Positions 1 to 9,711 are shown, numbered from the stretch's first letter. The stretch is 31,481 nucleotides of DNA from an uncultured Deinococcales bacterium (GCA_964244895.1 CAXTKV010000004.1:1-31481), one strand, 5' to 3'. The notes: generated by a model from the letters alone, not told the origin. Translations and numbers: made by a program.

Positions 1-51
1 GATGCTCTGAATTCCCCCTGAAAACCGGGAACCCAGCCCCTGAAAGCAAAG

Positions 52-114
52 TTTTGCGTGCCAGACAGTATTTTAATGACCAGCGAAAACCGTACAGGAT
101 GCGTCTGGACGGTT
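52..114. repeat. Degenerate cluster of the 21-bp palindrome family
   Basis: TTTTGCGTGCCAGACAGTATT (52-72) and AAAACCGTACAGGATGCGTCTGGACGGTT (86-114). Confidence 0.5.
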
Positions 115-125
115 CAGCCCTGAAA

Positions 126-491
126 TCAGGCCGGGCGAAGGTCTTCGGACAGGCTCCAACCGACCGAGGCATCGGTCGCGTTCAGGATCGCATCGAGCAG
201 GGTACTCGAGAGCATCGCGCGGTCGTGCATGACTTCGTTGCTGGGCCAGACCGGAAAAATGTCCAGCACGGTCAACTGGTAGAACTGCTGGCTGGCGGTC
301 GGTTCACCGTTGGCGAAAAACGCCATCGGGGCGCGCACCGGGTCGATCACCAGGCTGGCGCCGGACTCGAGCGTGGGCGGCAACTCGGGGCGCTCCAGCG
401 TCAACGGGTGCCAGAGGTAGCCCTGCAGGAGCTTCATGGCGATCGGCTCGCCATCGTAATCGTCCGGCCAGTTGGAACCGCGTTCGCTCAC
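126..491 (-). CDS. DUF3208-like hypothetical protein (Deinococcus-Thermus family)
   Basis: Translation contains LLQGYLWHP...PMAFFANGEPTASQQFYQLTVL...VGWSLSEDLRP, which resembles the DUF3208 pattern as I recall it. GTG at 491 overlaps the TGA of the upstream HAD gene (GTGA coupling). Alternative ATG at 437. Confidence 0.65.
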   Translation of the reverse strand: MSERGSNWPDDYDGEPIAMKLLQGYLWHPLTLERPELPPTLESGASLVIDPVRAPMAFFANGEPTASQQFYQLTVLDIFPVWPSNEVMHDRAMLSSTLLDAILNATDASVGWSLSEDLRPA

Positions 492-1102
492 GGCGCAGCG
501 ATCCAGGTTTGAATCTCGCTCAAGAAGCGTTCGTGTTCGTGGGCGCTGTACAGGATCGTGGAAAACCCCAGCTTGGAGGCCGCGTCCAGGTTCTCCTGCA
601 CGTCGTCCACGAAGACCGTCCGCGACGCGGGAACCTCGAGCGCCAAGCTCAGGGCTTCGAAGGCTTTCGGGTCGGGTTTCTTGACGTGAATGCGGTTGGA
701 AAAGACTTTGGCATCGAAGCGCGCCCATCGCGGATCGGCGTCCAGGTGATCGGCCACGACGGGGTAGTTGTTGGACAGCAACCCGACCGTGAAGCGGCGC
801 GGAATCGTCGGCAGGAAAGCGTACATGGGTGCGTTCTCGTGGACGCTATTGATGTACAGGCGCTCGAAATCGGCGTAGGGCACGCCGCCCAGCCCGATTG
901 CCTTTGAAAATACCGTCCAGAACTCCGGCAGCGTCCACGACCCGACCTCGAGGTGGTGGATCAGCGCGAAGTAACGCTGGCGCACGGTCTCCACGTTCAG
1001 ACCGTACTGTTCGGCCAGCCGTCCAGTGGATCGGCCATCGAAAGTTCCGACGGTGAACACGCCGCCCCAGTCGAAGGCGATGGCTCGAGACGAATCGGTC
1101 AT
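488..1102 (-). CDS. HAD-superfamily phosphatase (YihX-like, subfamily IA)
   Basis: Motif I FDWGGV, motif II LLSNN, motif III KKPDP, motif IV FVDDVQENL. Start overlaps the stop of the upstream gene (ATGA). Confidence 0.9.
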   Translation of the reverse strand: MTDSSRAIAFDWGGVFTVGTFDGRSTGRLAEQYGLNVETVRQRYFALIHHLEVGSWTLPEFWTVFSKAIGLGGVPYADFERLYINSVHENAPMYAFLPTIPRRFTVGLLSNNYPVVADHLDADPRWARFDAKVFSNRIHVKKPDPKAFEALSLALEVPASRTVFVDDVQENLDAASKLGFSTILYSAHEHERFLSEIQTWIAAP

Positions 1103-1791
1103 TTCCTGACCCCGGCCAGTTCCGGCACGGATTTGAGCGCGCCGCGTTCGCGCCAGGCGCGAAAGTTTTCCTGGGCGATCTCGAGGTACGCGGCCCGGAA
1201 GTCAGCTTCGGTTTGCGCTCGACGGTTGGCCTTGCCGAGTTCGACGACCTTGCCCCGGTGCAATTGAAAGGTCTGCTCCGGGCTGGAATCCGGCGCTGAA
1301 AGCCAGACCAGCCGCTCGCTCGGGTCGAGCGCTTCCGGAGCGTGCGCGCTCGAGGTGACGATCCCGATGCCGCCGTCTCGCTCAGCTCGGAAGACCGTGT
1401 ACAGCTCCAGGTACGGCGCTGGGCCGCTCGCGTCGCTGACGTAGAGCGCCCCGAAGGTATCGGCTGATTTGGTGTACGCGAAAAAATTGCGCGGGTACGG
1501 CATTCCGGCCAGCCGGAACGCGCCGACCTGGGCAAAATCCATGCCGTGCAGCGCGTCCCGCATCTCCCTGGCCGCTCGCGCCTGCTCGAGGCTCGCGCCG
1601 AGCGCGTCCCAGTCGGCTTCCTCCGCGATCAGCAACTCGAGGGTTTCGGGGTACGCGTCGGGCGCGAACATCGGGCGGCGAGCCAGCCGCGCCAGCGCCA
1701 GAGCCGGTCGCGTGGCCAGGTACTCGCCGCGCGGCAGGGTGCGTTGCAACTCGTGCGGTCGCATTGCAGCAAGATCGAGTCGGAGCGTCAT
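1099..1791 (-). CDS. Hypothetical protein
   Basis: Protein-like ORF coupled to the HAD gene. Start placed at ATG 1791 because the longer ORF (to 1902) runs through a palindromic repeat. Confidence 0.7.
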   Translation of the reverse strand: MTLRLDLAAMRPHELQRTLPRGEYLATRPALALARLARRPMFAPDAYPETLELLIAEEADWDALGASLEQARAAREMRDALHGMDFAQVGAFRLAGMPYPRNFFAYTKSADTFGALYVSDASGPAPYLELYTVFRAERDGGIGIVTSSAHAPEALDPSERLVWLSAPDSSPEQTFQLHRGKVVELGKANRRAQTEADFRAAYLEIAQENFRAWRERGALKSVPELAGVRK

Positions 1792-1853
1792 GCGCGGATT
1801 ATCGCACGCCTCGGTGCGGGTCAAACAGGGCCGCTCGCGCCTGGGCTTTCGAG

Positions 1854-1899
1854 AACACCGTCCAGAACGCAAATCTAAAATAGCGTCCTGGACGGTGTT
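1854..1899. repeat. Paired palindrome, 46-bp class (21+4+21)
   Basis: AACACCGTCCAGAACGC-N12-GCGTCCTGGACGGTGTT. Confidence 0.9.
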
Positions 1900-2177
1900 C
1901 ACAGCGATTTCAGCCTTTCGTTCCGAATTTCAGATCGCGCTCGAGGCGCTCAGACCCACGATGCCTCGAGCACACATCACATTCCCAGGATGCGAATCCA
2001 AAACGAGCTGTTCGAGCCGCGTCCGCATGCGCCCGGATCGCGTTTCAAGGTGCGGCACACGGCGCGCTGGCGTGAACATCTTTCTCACAAGTAGCCCAAA
2101 AGAGGTCTCATCAGCGGCACGTAGGCTTTGAACTGAAGGTGGCGCTGAAAAGCAAAGCCTCCATACATCCCTCCCCA

Positions 2178-2202
2178 GCCCCCGCAAGGGGGCACCTTTT
2201 TT
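2178..2202 (+). terminator. Rho-independent terminator
   Basis: GCCCCC-GCAA-GGGGGC (GNRA loop) followed by ACC and TTTTTT. Confidence 0.65.
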
Positions 2203-2330
2203 GGCTCGCCTCGGATCGTTCGTTCGGCTCGCACCGCGCACCCGACGAACGTTCAGCACCGTGCGGGCTCGGGCAAAAACCAATCTGATTAGCAAGTGGA
2301 TCAAAGCACAAAGGCTCAGGATTCCGCAAG

Positions 2331-2351
2331 AACTCCGTCCCAGACGGCGTT
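2331..2351. repeat. Single 21-bp palindrome unit
   Basis: AACTCCGTC-CCA-GACGGCGTT, flanked by AAG/CTT. Confidence 0.8.
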
Positions 2352-2474
2352 CTTGATCCGCACCAAAGAAATTTGCGCTATGATGCGGGTCAATACGGCA
2401 ACCGAAACATCCTTTTCGTCTCGAGTCATGCCGTGTGGCGTGCGCCGGTCGGCGACACCACCAGGAGGTTGGTC

Positions 2475-5036
2475 TTGCAATCCATCGGAACCATCACCGT
2501 GCAACCCGTCCTGCCCGCGCAAATCGCACGCCTCAAGGAACTGGCTTACAACCTCTACTGGACGTGGCACCCGGAAATTCAGGCGCTCTTCCAGGAAATC
2601 AACCCGCGCGTCTGGGAAGATTCGGGGCACAACCCGGTTCGGGTGCTTCAAGAATGCGCCCAGCGCGATCTGGAACGCGCGACCGATTCGCAGTTGTTCG
2701 TCAACCAACTGGACGCGGCCCTGATCGCCTTCGACGCGTACATGAACCGCGCCGACACCTGGTGGAAGCGCACCCGGGCCACCAACCCCGCGAAGCTGGC
2801 GTACTTCAGCATGGAGTACGGCTTCCACGAGAGCGTCCAGATTTACTCCGGCGGTCTGGGCATCCTGGCGGGCGACCACCTCAAAAGCGCCAGCGACCTG
2901 GATTTGCCATTGGTCGCGGTCGGCATGCTCTTCCGCGAGGGCTACTTTCACCAGCGCATCGGGCCGGACGGCTGGCAGGGCGAGTATTACGACACCCTGG
3001 AGCCGCAACGCCTGCCCTTGACGCCCGCGTTGGGTGCGGACGGCAAGCCCGTCAAGGTCTGGGTCGAGATTTCGGACCGGAAGGTCTGCGCGCAAGTCTG
3101 GCAGATGAACATCGGGCGGATCAAGATTTACTTGCTGGACGCGAACACGATCGAAAACACACCGTCCGACCGGGCGATCACGGATCGGTTGTACGGCACC
3201 GCCCAGCCGGGCCGCAGCGCGCACGAGTTGCGCGTCGCGCAGGAATTGCTCTTGGGCGTCGGCGGCGTGCGGGCCTTGCGCGCCATGGGCATGAGCCCGA
3301 CCGTCTTTCACATGAACGAGGGTCACGCGTCGTTCCTGGGGCTCGAGCGAGCCCGAGAGTACGTGGCGGAAGGTCTGAAATTCCCCGAAGCGCTCGAGGC
3401 GGTCGCGTCCGGCGCGATCTTCACGACCCACACGCCCGTCCCGGCGGGCAACGATGCCTTCGCCTTCGAACTGGTCGATCAGAAGCTCGGCGGGTACTGG
3501 TTCAACGCGCTCCAAATCTCCAGGGACGAATTCCTGCGCTTGGGCTGGCAGGACTCGCGCGACGGACCGAGCTTCTCGATGACGGTGCTGGCGTTGAAAC
3601 TCTCACGGTTCCACAACGGCGTCAGCGAGCTGCACGGGGAAGTGTCCCGCAAAATGTGGAATTTCGTCTGGCCGGGCGCGGAACTGCCCGAAGTGCCGAT
3701 CACGCACGTCACCAACGGCATTCACACCCGCACGTTTCTCGCACCCGAGATGGCCAAACTCTTCGACGCGCACCTGCCAAAAAACTGGGACGATGAAATC
3801 GAAAACCACGCCGTCTGGCACGGCATCAACGACATCCCAGATCGCGAGCTCTGGGAAGTGCGCAAGTCGCTCAAACGCCACCTGATCGAATTCACCCGCG
3901 CCCGGTTGCGTCGCCAGTACCTGCGCGATGACAGCACGGCGGGTCGCGTCGGAGAACTCGAGACGATCCTCGACGAGAACGCGCTGACCATCGGTTTCGC
4001 GCGGCGCTTCGCGACTTACAAACGCGCCACGCTCTTGTTTCGCGATCTCGAGCGCATTCGCAGGATCGTCAATAACCCCGAACGGCCCGTGCAGTTCATC
4101 TTCGCGGGCAAAGCGCACCCCGCCGACAACCCCGGCAAGGAATTCATCCAGGGCATCGTGCGCATGAGCCAGGACCCGGAGTTGCGCGGCAAGATCGTGT
4201 TCCTGGAGGACTACGACATGAACGTCGCGCGCCACCTGGTGCAGGGCTGCGACATCTGGCTGAACAACCCGCGCCGTCCCTTGGAGGCTTCCGGCACGAG
4301 CGGCGAGAAGGCATCGTTGAACGGCTGCATCAATTTCAGCGTGCTGGACGGCTGGTGGCGCGAGGCTTACGATGGCGCGAACGGCTGGAGCATCGGCGAG
4401 GAACGCGAGTACGCGAACCTGGATTTGCAGGACGCCGCCGACGCCGAAAGTCTGTACCACACCCTCGAATCCGATATCGCCACGCTCTATTACGCCGACA
4501 AGGACGGCGTGCCGGAGGGCTGGATCGCGCGCGTCAAGAACGCGATCCGCACCATCGCGCCCCAGTTCAGCATGCAGCGCCAGGTGCTGGACTACACCCG
4601 CGACCTGTACGTGCCCGCCAGCGCCCACAGCCTGTCCATCAACGCCGACGCCCACGCCAGAGCCAGGAGCCTGTCCGTCTGGAAGGCGCGCATCGCAGCC
4701 GACTGGAGCGGGGTGCGCATCGAGGCGCAGTTCGAGCCAATCAAAGCGATCCACCCCGGCCAGGGCGTGCCCGTCAGCGCCCGCGCTTACCTCGGGTCGC
4801 TCGAGCCCGTAGACGTGCGCATTGAGGTCGTGTTGTCCCATCAGAACGGCGAGATGCGCACCATTTTAGAGCGCACCGCGCTGAACCTGGTCGAACGCGG
4901 TCCCGACGGCTGGGTCACGTATCGCGGCGAAGCCCACCCGAGCGAGTCCGGCAGCTTCGACCTCGGCGTGCGCGCCGTGCCGTACCGCGACGATCTGGCC
5001 CACCCGCTCGAGCTGGGTCTGGCGCGCTGGGCGTAG
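2475..5036 (+). CDS. glgP: Alpha-glucan (glycogen/starch) phosphorylase
   Basis: AYFSMEYG, YSGGLGILAGDHLK, HMNEGH, FTTHTPVPAG, GFARRFATYKRA, FAGKAHP and the PLP-lysine motif EASGTSGEK. AGGAGG at 2463-2468 precedes an in-frame TTG at 2475. Confidence 0.96.
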   Translation: MQSIGTITVQPVLPAQIARLKELAYNLYWTWHPEIQALFQEINPRVWEDSGHNPVRVLQECAQRDLERATDSQLFVNQLDAALIAFDAYMNRADTWWKRTRATNPAKLAYFSMEYGFHESVQIYSGGLGILAGDHLKSASDLDLPLVAVGMLFREGYFHQRIGPDGWQGEYYDTLEPQRLPLTPALGADGKPVKVWVEISDRKVCAQVWQMNIGRIKIYLLDANTIENTPSDRAITDRLYGTAQPGRSAHELRVAQELLLGVGGVRALRAMGMSPTVFHMNEGHASFLGLERAREYVAEGLKFPEALEAVASGAIFTTHTPVPAGNDAFAFELVDQKLGGYWFNALQISRDEFLRLGWQDSRDGPSFSMTVLALKLSRFHNGVSELHGEVSRKMWNFVWPGAELPEVPITHVTNGIHTRTFLAPEMAKLFDAHLPKNWDDEIENHAVWHGINDIPDRELWEVRKSLKRHLIEFTRARLRRQYLRDDSTAGRVGELETILDENALTIGFARRFATYKRATLLFRDLERIRRIVNNPERPVQFIFAGKAHPADNPGKEFIQGIVRMSQDPELRGKIVFLEDYDMNVARHLVQGCDIWLNNPRRPLEASGTSGEKASLNGCINFSVLDGWWREAYDGANGWSIGEEREYANLDLQDAADAESLYHTLESDIATLYYADKDGVPEGWIARVKNAIRTIAPQFSMQRQVLDYTRDLYVPASAHSLSINADAHARARSLSVWKARIAADWSGVRIEAQFEPIKAIHPGQGVPVSARAYLGSLEPVDVRIEVVLSHQNGEMRTILERTALNLVERGPDGWVTYRGEAHPSESGSFDLGVRAVPYRDDLAHPLELGLARWA

Positions 5037-5039
5037 AGG

Positions 5040-5095
5040 AATACCGTCCCAGACGCAAATATCGAGTATCTAAGAACACCGTCCTGGACGGTGTT
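5040..5095. repeat. Paired palindrome, 56-bp class (21+14+21)
   Basis: AATACCGTCCCAGACGCAAAT-N14-AACACCGTCCTGGACGGTGTT. Confidence 0.9.
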
Positions 5096-5181
5096 CTTTA
5101 TTTCGGGTACGAGAATTCCATTAGCTCACCCATCTCGAGACACCTTCTTGTCCAAGGGCGAACCTCGTGTGTGCCCTACAA

Positions 5182-5202
5182 AACACCGTCCTGAAGGGTT
5201 TC
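5182..5202. repeat. Single degenerate unit
   Basis: AACACCGTC-CTG-AAGGGTTTC. Confidence 0.6.
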
Positions 5203-5256
5203 TCTTTCGTGTCGTCGGTCAGCTTGCTGTGACCGTGCGACCGTCACACGAACGGT

Positions 5257-7062
5257 TCAGCCCAACAGCGTCTCGAGCCTGCCGACGTAGCTTTCCAGCA
5301 CCTTGAAGGTCTCCTCTACCGCCTCTGGGCTGGACAAATCCACCCCGGCCAGCTTGAGCGCGTCCAACGGGTACAGACTCGAACCCGCGCTGAGGAACTT
5401 CAGGTAATTCGAGGCGGCGTCAGGCTCGCCCGCCAGCACACCCTTCGCCAGCGCGTGCGCGCCGCTGATGCCGGTCGCGTACTGGTAGACGTAAAAGTTC
5501 GCGTACAGGTGCGAAGAAAATTCCGCCCAGGTGATCCCGACCCGATCCCGATCCACCTGGACGGCGGGGCCGTAGGCTTCGGTGAACAAGTCAGCGCACA
5601 GATTCGTCAGGTCATCGGCGGTCAGGGTTTCACCGCGTTCGACGCGCGCGTGAATCTCGAGTTCGAAGCGCGCCAGGGTCGGCATGACGAAGAAATACCG
5701 GTGGAAGTTCGACATCGCTTCTTCCAGCACGCTGATCTGGAAATCCCGGTCGGGGTTGGTCTTCAAAAGGTGATCGCGCACCAGAGCCTGATTGAAGTTG
5801 CTGGCGACCTCCGCCACGAACAAACCGTAATCCGCGTACACCGGCGGTTGCGTTTTCCAGGTGTGAAAAGAGTGCATCGAGTGCCCGATCTCGTGCGCCA
5901 GGGTGGACACGGACAGGAGCGTGTCCTGGTAGCTCATCAAAATAAAAGGGTGCGTACCCTGGGAACCCGTGCTGAACGCGCCCATGCGCTTACCCCGGTT
6001 GGGGTACACGTCCACCCAGCGCTCCTCGAGCAACCCCTTGCGCATGATCTGCCCGTAGTCCTGACCCAGAGGTTTCATGCCCTCGCAGATCAGGTCAACA
6101 CCTTCCTCGTAGGAAATCTGCGGCACGGCCTTCGTCAACGGAGCCTTGATATCGAATTCCGCAAAATCATCCAGTTTCAGCGCGCGCTTCCGAAGCGCCC
6201 AGTAACGGTGCCAGACGGGAATGTATCGCTTGAACGTGTCGAGCAGCGTCTGAAAGACGCTGACCGGGATGAATGCGCCGCCCAGCGCCGCCTCCAGGCT
6301 CGAGCCGTAACCGCGCGAGCGCGCCCGAAACACGTCCTGCTTGACGCCCGCCGCCAACGCGTTGGCCATCGTGTTCTTGAAACCCAGGTGCGCATCGGCG
6401 TAACTGGAATAAGCGCTCTTGCGCAACGCGCGGTCAGGATCGGTGGTCAGTGAACCGATGCTGCCCTGCGCGACCTCGAAGCTCGTCCCGTTCGAATCGG
6501 TGGCCGCCGCGAACTTCAAATCGGCGTTGGTCAACGTACCGTGCGTGCCAGAAGCCGTCCTGAACGGGTCTTCGATGGCTCCCAGCAACTGCTCGACCTC
6601 GGCAGAACGGGTGTGGTCGCGCTGTCGCTCGATGGTATCGAAGAAGTGCGCGTAAACGCTCAACTTCGGTTCCTGCGCCACCAGAACCTGAAGTTTTTCC
6701 TGCCCCAACGCCAGAATCTCGGGCTCGATGAACGCCGCTTCCGCCCCGACGCGGGCGTACAAACTCGAGGCCCGCCCGGCTCGCGCCCTCGCTGCCTGAT
6801 CGGTCGTGTCAACGCTCGAGAACAAACTGGCGAAGACGTAAGCCCGCTCAGCACGCGCCCGCACGTCCCATGCGAACTCCAGCGCCCCGAGCAGAATCTG
6901 GCCAGAATCCCCCAGACGCTCCTTAAAGGTATTGAGCTTCACCAGATCGCGCTCGAGCACCTCGACCGAATCAATCCAGGCTTCAAAGCTCGGAAAGATG
7001 CTGAACGCATCCCAAGTGCGTCCTTCCTGGAGTTCGGCGCGGGTCGGCAAGGTCTTGGTCAT
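5257..7062 (-). CDS. pepF: Oligoendopeptidase F (M3B)
   Basis: HEIGH zinc motif, WVDVYPNRGKRMGAFS, FVAEVASNFNQ, FYVYQYATG. Start at ATG 7062 (MTKTLPTR). Confidence 0.95.
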   Translation of the reverse strand: MTKTLPTRAELQEGRTWDAFSIFPSFEAWIDSVEVLERDLVKLNTFKERLGDSGQILLGALEFAWDVRARAERAYVFASLFSSVDTTDQAARARAGRASSLYARVGAEAAFIEPEILALGQEKLQVLVAQEPKLSVYAHFFDTIERQRDHTRSAEVEQLLGAIEDPFRTASGTHGTLTNADLKFAAATDSNGTSFEVAQGSIGSLTTDPDRALRKSAYSSYADAHLGFKNTMANALAAGVKQDVFRARSRGYGSSLEAALGGAFIPVSVFQTLLDTFKRYIPVWHRYWALRKRALKLDDFAEFDIKAPLTKAVPQISYEEGVDLICEGMKPLGQDYGQIMRKGLLEERWVDVYPNRGKRMGAFSTGSQGTHPFILMSYQDTLLSVSTLAHEIGHSMHSFHTWKTQPPVYADYGLFVAEVASNFNQALVRDHLLKTNPDRDFQISVLEEAMSNFHRYFFVMPTLARFELEIHARVERGETLTADDLTNLCADLFTEAYGPAVQVDRDRVGITWAEFSSHLYANFYVYQYATGISGAHALAKGVLAGEPDAASNYLKFLSAGSSLYPLDALKLAGVDLSSPEAVEETFKVLESYVGRLETLLG

Positions 7063-7120
7063 GTGAAAAGCGTACCCCACGGGTTCAATTGCGTTTGTCG
7101 GGCTTTAACACCACGCCGCG

Positions 7121-7163
7121 AACACCGTTCCAGACGCGCCTCTCGACACTGCCCCAGGCACGC
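7121..7163. repeat. Unit plus degenerate partner
   Basis: AACACCGTTCCAGACGCGCCT followed by GACACTGCCCCAGGCACGC. Confidence 0.6.
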
Positions 7164-7241
7164 ATCACCCCTACTTGAAAAACCTTCGGTGCTGTGCGAC
7201 ACTTCAAAAGCTCGAAAGACGGGCGGTTCGCGTCACGGTAA

Positions 7242-7316
7242 GGGCGGTTAGCTCAGCGGTAGAGCATTCGCTTCACACGCGAGGGGTCGTAGGTTCAAAT
7301 CCTATACCGCCCACCA
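7242..7316 (+). tRNA. tRNA-Val (anticodon CAC)
   Basis: Acceptor stem GGGCGGT/ACCGCCC, D arm GCTC..GAGC, anticodon loop TT-CAC-AC, T loop GGTTCAAATCC, encoded 3' CCA. Confidence 0.97.
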
Positions 7317-7321
7317 CGACA

Positions 7322-7358
7322 GGGACGCAACCTTCACCAGTTGCGTCCCCGCCTTTTG
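7322..7358 (+). terminator. Hairpin/terminator after the tRNA
   Basis: GGGACGCAAC-N8-GTTGCGTCCC is a perfect 10-bp stem, followed a few nt later by TTTT. Confidence 0.6.
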
Positions 7359-7521
7359 GGGGTTTACGCCCTATCGCCCGACATTGCGCGGGTCGCGAAT
7401 ATCAGGTGCGTCTCGAGCCCGTCCCAGTCGCACCGCTCGAGATCCGCATCTGGCGACTCGAGCCATCACCAGAGTCCGTCATTCCCGAGACGTTGCGGAG
7501 TTCACCGGGCGAGCGCCACCC

Positions 7522-7551
7522 TTGACAAAGTCTGGCGGCGTCTTCTAGTAT
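7522..7551 (+). promoter_or_regulatory. Sigma70-type promoter of the marR-headed cluster
   Basis: TTGACA (7522-7527), 18-nt spacer, TAGTAT (7546-7551). Confidence 0.65.
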
Positions 7552-7558
7552 TCGCCTC

Positions 7559-7586
7559 ATTCGTATCCAAACGTTCGATCTCTAAC
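7559..7586. promoter_or_regulatory. Candidate tandem MarR operators
   Basis: Two abutting 14-bp imperfect palindromes, ATTCG-TATC-CAAAC and GTTCG-ATCT-CTAAC, directly downstream of the -10 box. Confidence 0.5.
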
Positions 7587-7630
7587 GGCTTGCGTTTTTG
7601 CGTCCAGGCCGAGGATTTGGAGTATTCAAA

Positions 7631-8176
7631 ATGCCCGTTCACGATGACTTCAGCCGCAGCGAACTCGAGATCATGCGCCGCGTTTCCGGCTTGCCGATCG
7701 ACGAGCTGGCGCTGGCGGTCGCCTCGAACATCTGGCGGGCGGCGCAGGCCTTCAAACTCAAGATGGAACGCAGCGTGCTGCGCGAACACGACCTGAGCTT
7801 CGCCAGTTTCTCGACGCTGTTTATCGTCTGGATCTGGGGGCCGATCGAGACCCGCGACATCGCGCGTTCCCAGGCGATCTCTCGGGCGACCGTCACCAGC
7901 CTGGTCAACACCTTAGAAAAACGCAAACTGGTCAAACGCCGCACCAGCAAGGTGGACAGGAGATTGGTGATCGTCGAACTGACGCCGCAGGGCCAGGCGC
8001 TGGTCGAATGGGTGTTCCCCCGGTTCAACCAGGGCGAAATCGAGGTGACTTCGACCCTGACCGACGACGAACAGGAGACGCTGGCGCACCTCTTGCGCAA
8101 GGTCGTGTCCGGCGTCAACGCGCAGATCGGCAACGCGGTTGACACCGCAGTTGACGAGGAAATCGCGCCCGTGTGA
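7631..8176 (+). CDS. MarR-family transcriptional regulator
   Basis: Winged-HTH signature SRATVTSLVNTLEKRKLVKR...DRRLVIVELTPQG. ATG at 7631. Confidence 0.93.
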   Translation: MPVHDDFSRSELEIMRRVSGLPIDELALAVASNIWRAAQAFKLKMERSVLREHDLSFASFSTLFIVWIWGPIETRDIARSQAISRATVTSLVNTLEKRKLVKRRTSKVDRRLVIVELTPQGQALVEWVFPRFNQGEIEVTSTLTDDEQETLAHLLRKVVSGVNAQIGNAVDTAVDEEIAPV

Positions 8177-8207
8177 GGCGCGAGGCTCGAGCCCAGGAGG
8201 TTCATTG

Positions 8208-9677
8208 ATGCCCGAAAGTTTCATCACCATCGCTGGCGTGCGCGTGCGGACGGGGCACTTCATCAATAACCAGCGCGTCTCCAGTGCCCAGACCTTCGCG
8301 GCGCACAGCGCGATTGACGAAAGCCTTCTGGGGAACGTCGCACGCGGAACCCCACTCGAGGTCAACGCCGCCGTCGAGGCCGCCAAGCGCGCCTTTCCGG
8401 CCTGGGCGGCACTCGGTCCGCGCGGGCGCTTCGAGATCCTGGAACGCTTCGCGCACGTGATCGAATCCCACATTGAGGATCTGGCAGCGGTCGAAACAGC
8501 CAACAACGGTTCACTCCTCGAAGCCAGCCGTTTGCGCGTCATGAGGCGCGGCGCGCACAACATCCATTTCTTCGCGGAACTGGCCTTGCAGATGGGCGAG
8601 GCGTGGGACACGGAAGCCGCCAAGAACGCGCGCAACACCGTGCATTACGATCCGGCGGGCGTGACCGCGCTGATCACGCCGTGGAACGCACCGTTCATGC
8701 TGGCCACCTGGAAGATCGGGCCGGCGCTGGCAGCGGGCAACACGGTCGTCTTAAAACCCGCCGAGTGGACGCCGTTCACCGCGTCATTGATGGCGGATTA
8801 CGCCCTGGAAGCCGGACTGCCAGCGGGCGTGTTCAACCTCGTGCAGGGCATCGGCGCGGAGGCGGGAGCGGCGTTGGTGGCGCACCCGGATGTCAAACGC
8901 ATCTCTTTTACGGGCAGCGTCCCGACCGCCAAGAAGATTGCCTCGAGCGCCGCCGTGAACCTCACGCCCGTCAGCTTCGAGCTGGGCGGCAAGAGCCCGT
9001 TCATCGTGTTTGCGGATTCCGACCTCGATCTGGCGATCCGCAACGCAGTCGATCAGTACGACAACTGCGGTCAGGTCTGCCTGTCCGGCACGCGGTTTCT
9101 AGTCGAAGCCGAGATTTACGACGCGTTCCTCGAGCGCTTTGGCGAGGCCGTCAGGAACACCAAGCAGGGCGACCCGCGCGAGCCCGACACGGTCGTCGGG
9201 CCGCTGGTGACGCGCGCGCACCTCGAGCGCGTGCAGGCTTTCGTGGATCGGGCCATTCAATCCGGAGCGAGGCTCGAGTTCGGCGGCAAGGTCTCCCCTG
9301 CGCTGGGTGGGTTGTACTTCGAGCCGACGCTGTTCACGAACGCGGCGCACGACAGCGAAATCTGGCAGCGCGAGGTTTTCGGGCCGGTGCTGGTGCTGGA
9401 TAAATTCTCGGGCGAGGCCGAACTGGTAAAACTCGCCAACGACACGGAATACGGGCTGGCCGCAATGATCTTCACGCGGGATCGAGAAAAAGCCGAGCGA
9501 GTGGCGGATCAACTCGTGGCGGGAACCGTCTGGATCAACTGTTTTTACGTGCGCGACCTGGCCGCGCCGTTCGGCGGCTCGAGACATTCCGGCGTCGGGC
9601 GAGAGGGCGGGCACTGGAGCTTCGACTTTTACTGCGACGTGAAAAACGTGGTTCATCGCAAGGGGACGTTCGCCTGA
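8208..9677 (+). CDS. Aldehyde dehydrogenase, hydroxymuconate-semialdehyde/HpaE-like
   Basis: ITPWNAP, FTGS, FELGGKSP, catalytic GQVCLSGTR, EVFGPV, RDLAAPFGG, SGVGREGG. AGGAGG RBS precedes ATG 8208. Confidence 0.92.
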   Translation: MPESFITIAGVRVRTGHFINNQRVSSAQTFAAHSAIDESLLGNVARGTPLEVNAAVEAAKRAFPAWAALGPRGRFEILERFAHVIESHIEDLAAVETANNGSLLEASRLRVMRRGAHNIHFFAELALQMGEAWDTEAAKNARNTVHYDPAGVTALITPWNAPFMLATWKIGPALAAGNTVVLKPAEWTPFTASLMADYALEAGLPAGVFNLVQGIGAEAGAALVAHPDVKRISFTGSVPTAKKIASSAAVNLTPVSFELGGKSPFIVFADSDLDLAIRNAVDQYDNCGQVCLSGTRFLVEAEIYDAFLERFGEAVRNTKQGDPREPDTVVGPLVTRAHLERVQAFVDRAIQSGARLEFGGKVSPALGGLYFEPTLFTNAAHDSEIWQREVFGPVLVLDKFSGEAELVKLANDTEYGLAAMIFTRDREKAERVADQLVAGTVWINCFYVRDLAAPFGGSRHSGVGREGGHWSFDFYCDVKNVVHRKGTFA

Positions 9678-9711
9678 GGCCAAAGGGTTTCTGGCGAAGG
9701 AGGAGGGAATC

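Noticed and set aside
2316..4841. Long antisense/alternate-frame ORFs over glgP (and similar ones over pepF, P450, decarboxylase, mgtE, channel)
   Set aside because: Expected stop-codon scarcity in high-GC coding DNA; they lack motifs and overlap well-supported genes.
7221..7228. GGGCGGTT duplicate of the tRNA 5' end just upstream of the tRNA
   Set aside because: Only 8 bp in GC-rich DNA; compatible with chance and not evidence of an att site.
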